Positions 57,493 to 64,000 of a stretch of DNA of 64,000 nucleotides are shown in pieces. The stretch is from a virus. How positions within the stretch are numbered: position 1 is the stretch's first letter; the number at the start of each line of letters is the position of its first letter. The position numbers were made by a program, and so were the translations under genes. A model generated the notes under the pieces. That model saw nothing but the letters and a program-made list of their open reading frames with translations, had not been told where the DNA came from and ran no database searches. The stretch is from IMG/VR virus record IMGVR_UViG_3300035137_000026, positions 1 through 64,000 of that record. The stretch is one strand, 5' to 3'.

Positions 57493-58278
57493 GGCTTACC
57501 TCGCTGTAACAGTAGGTGGGCTGCCTTGATTCGCTGATACTTAATTGGGTTGGCTCTTAACCTTCTCATGACTCGGGCAATCCTCAGCTCGGCACACAGC
57601 TGTGTCAGCCTTGCTGCCAGTCGTGCATTGGTCATTGTCTACCTCCTACCTGTTACTTGCGGCATCTGCTGCTTCCTTTATCTTCTGGCTGACAAGTCCC
57701 ATGTCCTCTTCCGTGAAGTAGGTGATCATTGTATGTTTCTCCTATTTATTGGTAGAATGCTCTCGGTGGCTCCTCCTGAGAGTAGTACTCCACCTTGTCT
57801 GTGACGGCCTGGGTGATGAAGTTAATGAGCCATTCCTCCTCTTCATTAGGGCTATAGTAGCCATCGGGCATGACCTTGGCTGCCATTGCCATCAGTTTAG
57901 TGATCCATTCTTCTCTATTCATGACTTCTCCTTTCTAGCAGAATGCTAACAATACACTTACCAGTGTGAGGTATGCTGATGATACACCAGCCAGTACCAT
58001 AACTTGGATAAGGTACTTTCTATCTTCGGGTGTCCACATCTTAGCCTCCTGTCTGATGGCTCAACTGCCTAAGATAGGCCATCATCTGTATGATAGCCTA
58101 GGTTTAGGGAGTGGAACTGGCAGGTTAGTGGACTTTATCTATTATATCTAGGTAAGCAGCTTTATGTCTTGCTACTCTGAACATCTTGCGTCTCTCGGTG
58201 CTTCCTGGAGCGGGGTACAACACGCATACTTCAGCCCACCAGGACCTATGTCCAGGCGCTTCTTGATGTCGTTCATGA

Positions 58279-58695
58279 CTATTCCTCCAGTCCGGGGATG
58301 GAGACACGCAGCCTCTTGCCAGTGGCCTTGTCAATGATGATGAGGTACTTGTTGGTCTCGTGGTCGGCATACATGACCTCCACGTTGGTACCGATACCCG
58401 TTCCCATGTGGTAGCTGTCGTGCCAGTACGGGTTGCTGTCCTTGAGGAAGTCGGACATGGCCAACACCTTGAAACCGTTGACCTCTTTGCCGTAGTACCG
58501 CTCGATGTTGCCAGCCTCCAGCTGGTTGAACAGGTCATCGTCACCAAAGACGAACTCGGTGTTGTCATCCAGCCGGCGACAACCATACAGGCCCTCTCCG
58601 ATGTAGCCTGCTATGAACGTTGTCCCCTCGGGCAGGTCACATACCTTGTTACCTGCACTGTTCTCGACACCCTGGAAACCATTTTCACATATCAC
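58279..58695 (-). CDS. hypothetical protein
   Basis: ORF track; C-ending codon bias. Confidence 0.6.
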   Translation of the reverse strand: MICENGFQGVENSAGNKVCDLPEGTTFIAGYIGEGLYGCRRLDDNTEFVFGDDDLFNQLEAGNIERYYGKEVNGFKVLAMSDFLKDSNPYWHDSYHMGTGIGTNVEVMYADHETNKYLIIIDKATGKRLRVSIPGLEE

Positions 58696-59110
58696 AATGT
58701 AGCAACTTATTGCTTTCTCCTTCTATGTTGCTAGTTCTCCTGGCCTGTATCCAGGACTACTGAGGGTTGAATATATGGACCAGGTAGGGCGATGAATTTT
58801 GATTCACAGATCTCTTTAGGAGATGAGAATCATTCATGATTCAGCCTTACGTCATACCATGCCTCACAGTTAGAGGTATAGGGTATATATAGGGGATAGA
58901 CCTAGTTGAAGATGACAATATGTACTCCTTAGTGACTTGAAGGCGTGATTCTTGCGTAAGCAAGAAGCATGCCTTCAAGCGAGGGAGGGCCGAAGGCCCG
59001 ACCGAGAGCTAGAAGTGACGAAGTTAGATGAAGTTTGAGTCGAAGACGGTAGATTCCCCCGTCCGGAGCAATAAGTTAGATAGAAGTACCGTACGAAGAC
59101 GGCGAAAGTA

Positions 59111-59947
59111 TTAGAGTTCTTCTAATGTAGGCACCCACATAGTGGGATCTGCTTCTTGTGCTTCCATGATAGAGTAGAATGTATCTTCTACATCCTGGTG
59201 GTTGTGGCTGGCGATATATCTGGCCTGGTCCATCAGGTCTATGGCTGCCTCCATAGAGAAGCTCATATCACCACAGTAGCGATCCTCATACGAGGCCACC
59301 TTGGTGTGATTAACATGGTTGTGATTCCGCAGATTTGTGAGAGTGGAGTGCCAATCTCCCTTGGGGCAGCGCTTAGCCAGTCTGTAGCATACAGCCAGAC
59401 CACACTGGATATAGTAGTACCAGCTGATAGTCTTGCTAGCGTGCATATCCTCAAGGACATCCATGGCTATGGCCAGCTCAGGGAGAGACATTCTGTCAAT
59501 GTACATCTCAAGATAGTTGTACATGGCCGCTCCAGGGGAGAGCGTATCACAGGCATCCTCTTCCTCAGCGAGGTAGGCCATATCCACAGAGTGGCAGTAC
59601 TCTTCCAGTTCCGCCTTAAGGCGAATGCCTCTCTGTATAGCACGATCTGCCTTTTTACTAGACAGATACTTACCATCACGGTAGTAGTTCTTTAGGCAGA
59701 ACTCCCTCAGTTCATCCAGCTCATCCAGCTGGTCCTGTATATCGGTCTCTGCATCTACCAGGGCAAGAGGCACTTCCCTATTGTAGAACCAGCCGAATAT
59801 GTCACCACAGGAGGAGCCGTCCACCAGGACCTGCTCGAACTCACGCTCTTGCAGGGTGGGCCATTCCTCATCCTCTACTACAGTCAGCCCATGTACTTCC
59901 TGCTCACACAGGGGGAGTACAATGTTGTTCCTTGTCTTGATAGTCAT
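59111..59947 (-). CDS. hypothetical protein
   Basis: ORF track. Confidence 0.65.
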   Translation of the reverse strand: MTIKTRNNIVLPLCEQEVHGLTVVEDEEWPTLQEREFEQVLVDGSSCGDIFGWFYNREVPLALVDAETDIQDQLDELDELREFCLKNYYRDGKYLSSKKADRAIQRGIRLKAELEEYCHSVDMAYLAEEEDACDTLSPGAAMYNYLEMYIDRMSLPELAIAMDVLEDMHASKTISWYYYIQCGLAVCYRLAKRCPKGDWHSTLTNLRNHNHVNHTKVASYEDRYCGDMSFSMEAAIDLMDQARYIASHNHQDVEDTFYSIMEAQEADPTMWVPTLEEL

Positions 59948-59992
59948 TGTGATCTACCTTTCTGCCCCAGATGTGGGGCTTGCTATATAGGA

Positions 59993-60412
59993 TTACCTAC
60001 ACTGGGCCATAGGCACACTGGCCTTGCCCCTCTCTACGAACATGGCCATACAGGCTACCATGGTAGGTATACCAGGCTTTACGTCATGCTGTACTGGATA
60101 GGTAGGTGCATCATGTTGTTGGGTGTAGGTGATAGGCTTACCCATGGGTGCGGGTGCCTTCTTCTTAGGCAGGGCGCTACATACCCTACCCTCTACCTGC
60201 TTGGCAGTACTAGCCTTCTCTACTACTGCCTCTACCATAGGCTTGTTCTTCTGCTTGACTACACTACTAGCCAAGCTAATACGACCATCTACTACCTCAT
60301 CCATGGTATGCTTACTACCACACATACCCATGATCTTAGCCTCTGCTACACTGGTAGCTTCTGTGTACTTAGATACTACATGGTTGAGAATACTCTTGAT
60401 GTTGATCTTCAT
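59993..60412 (-). CDS. hypothetical protein
   Basis: ORF track. Confidence 0.5.
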   Translation of the reverse strand: MKINIKSILNHVVSKYTEATSVAEAKIMGMCGSKHTMDEVVDGRISLASSVVKQKNKPMVEAVVEKASTAKQVEGRVCSALPKKKAPAPMGKPITYTQQHDAPTYPVQHDVKPGIPTMVACMAMFVERGKASVPMAQCR

Positions 60413-61345
60413 TGTTCTTTCCTTTCTCTTGTTGATGATTACTCGTCCAAGTGAACCATCTTGAATGCAGAGATAGAACGAATACGGTCTACCTCATCTG
60501 CTTTGAAGTGTAGGGCATCAATTGCCTGACCGATCTCATCTTCGCTAGGAAGACTAGCGTTGATAATCTCATCGATCCAGCTCATGATTTCTTCTTGTTT
60601 TTGCCTTGACATGGCAATGTCCTTTCTGGGGATGAACCCCTTTGTTCCATAGAAGACCCGTGGGCTCCGAAAGATTAGTGGGACTCCTACTCATCATTAT
60701 CATTACTAGGTATCCAGCTATTTTTTCTTGATTCGTTTCCATATAGGAATCTTTATATCTCGGGCAGGTATATGTCATACTTTTATAAGGCGCACATCTA
60801 AAAAATATTTTTTATCGGAGGAGTTGATATATATGATTTTTAAAGGTGGAGTAATTGTCTATGGTAGAGTAGGGGAGGTTCTAGTGTCGGTATTCCTGCT
60901 CGAGCGGCGACAACACAATACAGTATGACAATCTACATTAATGCTACCAGTGGCGATGACACTACTGGAAACTAGCAGGGCCATATACTACTGTCAACAC
61001 AGCCACCACTAACACCTACTTCACTCGTGAGACGGATACGATATTGCCTTATGTGATGCAGGTATTTTACAAGACAAAGCAACAGCTTGAAGCCATGGGG
61101 ATTAACATCAGGAAGCGCCCGTTACGAGTTGCCAAGCCAAATCCATTTCCAGCAAACGATTACGGATGCACACCTCCTGCTGACTGGAATGGCTAAGATC
61201 TTGAGTTTTTAGATATGCGAACCAGAGTACAAAATCACAACAAAATTTTTCTTAATTTGTCTATATAAAGACGAATACGATATTGTGCTATACTTGTAGT
61301 CATAACGGGCACAAAAATCCGTCTATACTACAGGAGGTTCAAAAT

Positions 61346-61729
61346 ATGGGAAATAGCGGCAAACAATCTATGCATTCTTCAATCCCCCGACAGACATCTG
61401 CATCCATTGCAGTTGACAGAGCCTTGTACAAGAGATTGTCGGATTGGCCTAAAGTTCTAGCAGTCTTTCTAACCATCGTTGGTATGGCTGTAGGTATGGC
61501 GGTATGGGCAAGTAACTCTCATGCAGAAATAAAAGGCTGGACAGCCGAACAGGACTATGTTACAAAGACAGAGTTGAAAGAGACAATGAAGGAACAGTAT
61601 GTTCCTCTACATGAGTTTACGAAGGTAAAGCAGAGTCTAGAAGATTTGAAGGAAGACTCAAGGCAGATCGAAAAGAAGCTTGACAAAGTTCTCGACAAGC
61701 TAAGCGAGATCAAGCGATACAGGAAATAG
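61346..61729 (+). CDS. TM plus coiled-coil protein
   Basis: RBS GGAGG; one TM helix; first plus-strand gene. Confidence 0.65.
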   Translation: MGNSGKQSMHSSIPRQTSASIAVDRALYKRLSDWPKVLAVFLTIVGMAVGMAVWASNSHAEIKGWTAEQDYVTKTELKETMKEQYVPLHEFTKVKQSLEDLKEDSRQIEKKLDKVLDKLSEIKRYRK

Positions 61730-61731
61730 CC

Positions 61732-62019
61732 GTGACAACAGACCGCACCATGATGAACCTTTCTCAGTTCCGAGACAATCTAAGACAACTACTCAATCCT
61801 GAAGTCCTGAGACATATGGCTGACTTCTTAGAGGCCACAGGCTCGCAGGATGACAATAATATGCTAGCCCGCTACAAGTGGTTCTGTGAGAACGGAGAGA
61901 ACGGTCCTGACTGTAGGTATGCAGTAATGGCCAAGGAGTTCTTTCTTCGGGACCAGGCAAGCGATGCTGCCAAAGCCTTAAACTGGCTCTACCACAATTG
62001 GTCAAAACATTACGAATAA
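61732..62019 (+). CDS. hypothetical protein
   Basis: ORF track. Confidence 0.6.
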   Translation: MTTDRTMMNLSQFRDNLRQLLNPEVLRHMADFLEATGSQDDNNMLARYKWFCENGENGPDCRYAVMAKEFFLRDQASDAAKALNWLYHNWSKHYE

Positions 62020-62033
62020 CACAGGAGTTTTAC

Positions 62034-62429
62034 ATGAAGGACATTAAAGTCATTGAGGAGTGGATTCTGGTCAAGCCTGAAGAAGAGGGTGAAAAGATCA
62101 CCAAGGGAGGTATTGTTATCCCAGAGAAGGCTAATAAGCCCCAAGTGAAGCGAGCCCAGGTTATTCAGATTAGTGATGATGTGCCTCGGCTTCTGAGAGA
62201 AGAAAAGGGACCTGATGCTAAGATGGAGTATGGTGTTGGTGACACAGTACTCTTCTATGGCAAGACGGGTATTCCTATCGAAGAAGGCAAAGATAAGTAC
62301 ATGTTCCTGAAATGGGACGGTATGTTGGCTATTAGTCTGGTTCCAGTCGATGAGCCGCATATGTTAATCCCAATCTCAGACGAGATAGACGATTTGCGTC
62401 CACCGGAGGAAGAGGATGAAGAGGATTAG
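62034..62429 (+). CDS. groES: co-chaperonin GroES-like
   Basis: ILVKP..E..TKGGIVIP...VGDTVLF. Confidence 0.88.
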   Translation: MKDIKVIEEWILVKPEEEGEKITKGGIVIPEKANKPQVKRAQVIQISDDVPRLLREEKGPDAKMEYGVGDTVLFYGKTGIPIEEGKDKYMFLKWDGMLAISLVPVDEPHMLIPISDEIDDLRPPEEEDEED

Positions 62430-62835
62430 AATCGATCCCATGGAGTATCCCTTGAAGAAGGGGGAGTTGTGGTGGATAGTTCATCCGAACGTTGCCACAG
62501 CTGAGTTCCGTGTACCTCATGGTGGAATTACGCTCTGCACGAAAGATTTTCTTACCTTTAGGCAGAATGTAGTTTACTCTGTTGTGGGGGCTGACAATCA
62601 CAATGGTTGGGTGACAGTAGTTGAGGATGGCAATCTGTATGATATGCCACAGTACTTGTTTGCCAGGTACTTTGATGCTGAAGCATTCGTGGTTGGGATT
62701 ATGGATCAGGTCGAGTTTGAAAAGGCCAAGCCGTTCAATTATAGATCTACCATTCCTGGAAAACCTAAGGAAATGGAAGTCTTCACGGACGGGCCAGTGA
62801 AACAGTCTACGACTACTTTGGGAGATGATAGTTAA
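62416..62835 (+). CDS. hypothetical protein
   Basis: ORF track. Confidence 0.6.
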   Translation: MKRIRIDPMEYPLKKGELWWIVHPNVATAEFRVPHGGITLCTKDFLTFRQNVVYSVVGADNHNGWVTVVEDGNLYDMPQYLFARYFDAEAFVVGIMDQVEFEKAKPFNYRSTIPGKPKEMEVFTDGPVKQSTTTLGDDS

Positions 62836-63656
62836 TGGGCGGTAAAGGTTCAGGTACACCGAAAGCTGCATTATTGAAGCTAGACGGTACACAGATTGAT
62901 AAGTATGGCCAGGTAAGCCAGTCTACCTTCTTTGAATTCCTTGATACTCCTGTGGAGCAGATGAGGAATCTAGAGAAGACGATGACTCCAGAGCAGGCCC
63001 TTAAGTTCCGCAATCATATTAACAGGATGGGTGTTGGAACCTCAGCAATCATGCCTATGCTCTGTGGTGGCAAGAAGTGTCCTATGAAGCTGTGTCCTTT
63101 CCACGAGGGTAGCGGCGGGTATCCGATAGGTGATCCGTGTCCTCTCGAGGCCAATCTTATTGCCAACTGGACAAAGAGCTATATCGAGGATTTATCTGTA
63201 GATATTGAGAGCCGTTCTGAGATGATCTTGGTGAATAAACTGGTAGAGTGTGACATAATTGATATGAGAGCCAATATTGGTCTTGGAGCCGACGAAGAAG
63301 GCTGGACCTTACTGAAGGTTGATATTACTGTCAGCGACAAGGGAACCGCCGAGATGACGAATGCTCATCCACTTCTTGAAGTAAAGGATAGAGTACAGCG
63401 ATCAAGGGAAAGAGTTCTTGAGTCATTAGCTGCTACACGTAAAGAGAAGTACAAGCGTGCTGCGGCTCTCAAGAAGCGTGAGGACGAGGATATTGGTACT
63501 CACTTCGACAACCTTAAAAAAGCCCTTGGTGTGGCCAGTAGTAGAGCTAAGGGAGCCTCTATCGAGCAGCTCAAGGCTGATGCCGATAAGATGACCAAAG
63601 AAGATAAAGAAAAGAATATTGAGGATGCTGACTGGACCACCGAAGAAGAATTGTAG
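62835..63656 (+). CDS. hypothetical protein (possibly packaging-related)
   Basis: ORF track; C..C..C..C cluster and coiled coil. Confidence 0.65.
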   Translation: MGGKGSGTPKAALLKLDGTQIDKYGQVSQSTFFEFLDTPVEQMRNLEKTMTPEQALKFRNHINRMGVGTSAIMPMLCGGKKCPMKLCPFHEGSGGYPIGDPCPLEANLIANWTKSYIEDLSVDIESRSEMILVNKLVECDIIDMRANIGLGADEEGWTLLKVDITVSDKGTAEMTNAHPLLEVKDRVQRSRERVLESLAATRKEKYKRAAALKKREDEDIGTHFDNLKKALGVASSRAKGASIEQLKADADKMTKEDKEKNIEDADWTTEEEL

Positions 63657-63666
63657 GTGATCCCTT

Positions 63667-64000
63667 GTGGCTATTTCACAACTGGAGGAAAAACTTCTAG
63701 AGAAAGACTATCTTCGCTGGCAGGCTAGAGAAATTGAAGCCGGCCGGATGAAGCGACCTCCAGCCCCTCCCTATGACCCTTCTAAGAAGTACGTATCTCC
63801 TCTATTAGAGTCCAACCGTAGAAAGCTTGGAGTTCCCCTCGAGGAATTACAGGATGAACTTGACCAAATTAGGCGTGCTAGATCCACGGGTCAAACTGTC
63901 GATTATAGTAAAGCACTTCGGGTGGGCGATGAAATTGCTCGGCTAAAGCAGCAAGAGGCAGACATGGCCTGGGCTCTTCGAGAGCAGGCAGAATATGAAG
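63667..64000 (+). CDS. partial ORF running off the window
   Basis: GTG start; frame open to the end of the window. Confidence 0.5.
   Translation, partial: MAISQLEEKLLEKDYLRWQAREIEAGRMKRPPAPPYDPSKKYVSPLLESNRRKLGVPLEELQDELDQIRRARSTGQTVDYSKALRVGDEIARLKQQEADMAWALREQAEYE

Noticed and set aside
58960-59110. CRISPR-like or iteron repeats (AAGTTAGAT x2, CGAAGACGG x2)
   Set aside because: Only two short copies of each with irregular spacing; no CRISPR array or cas gene is visible in the window.
282-60928. Most plus-strand ORFs before 61.3 kb and nested alternative-frame ORFs in the track
   Set aside because: They are antisense shadows of well-supported minus-strand genes, lacking RBS or recognisable motifs.
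1-64000. Genome-wide stop-codon reassignment (code 15 or code 4)
   Set aside because: Long genes contain no internal TAG or TGA, and both serve as true stops with coupled starts (ATGA at 2232, TAG-ATG at 17240, kptA, nadD, Ro60).

Overview
This is a 64-kb segment of a large (jumbo-type) dsDNA bacteriophage genome using the standard genetic code. Almost everything from 1 to about 60.4 kb is on the minus strand, and transcription switches to plus after about 61.3 kb (GroES and probable start of a virion/packaging region). The minus-strand block is a translation-takeover, RNA-repair and NAD module. It holds about 20 tRNA genes (many degenerate, nearly all without encoded CCA), a tmRNA, CCA-adding enzyme, Thg1-like 3'-5' polymerase, RtcB, an Rnl2/DRB0094-type RNA ligase, KptA/Tpt1, Ro60, a macrodomain, Nudix, CYTH, DNA ligase, two HNH endonucleases and a complete PncA-PncB-NadD-NadE pathway. 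Four features missing from the ORF track stand out. (1) An RF1-type (PxT, GGQ) release factor gene needs a +1 frameshift at GGAGG-GGG-CUU-UAG-C, a UAG version of the RF2 autoregulatory site. (2) Two RNA elements reproduce the 23S rRNA uL11-binding GTPase-associated centre, one split by a 220-nt structured insert, each directly 3' of a tRNA or tRNA-like gene. (3) An array of 5-6 Y RNAs lies downstream of Ro60. (4) An island of further structured ncRNAs includes tRNA-like RNAs with expanded anticodon arms. Many small genes carry in-frame TAG/TGA codons and many tRNA stems carry A-C mismatches. All annotations come from manual reading and recalled motifs; no searches were run.
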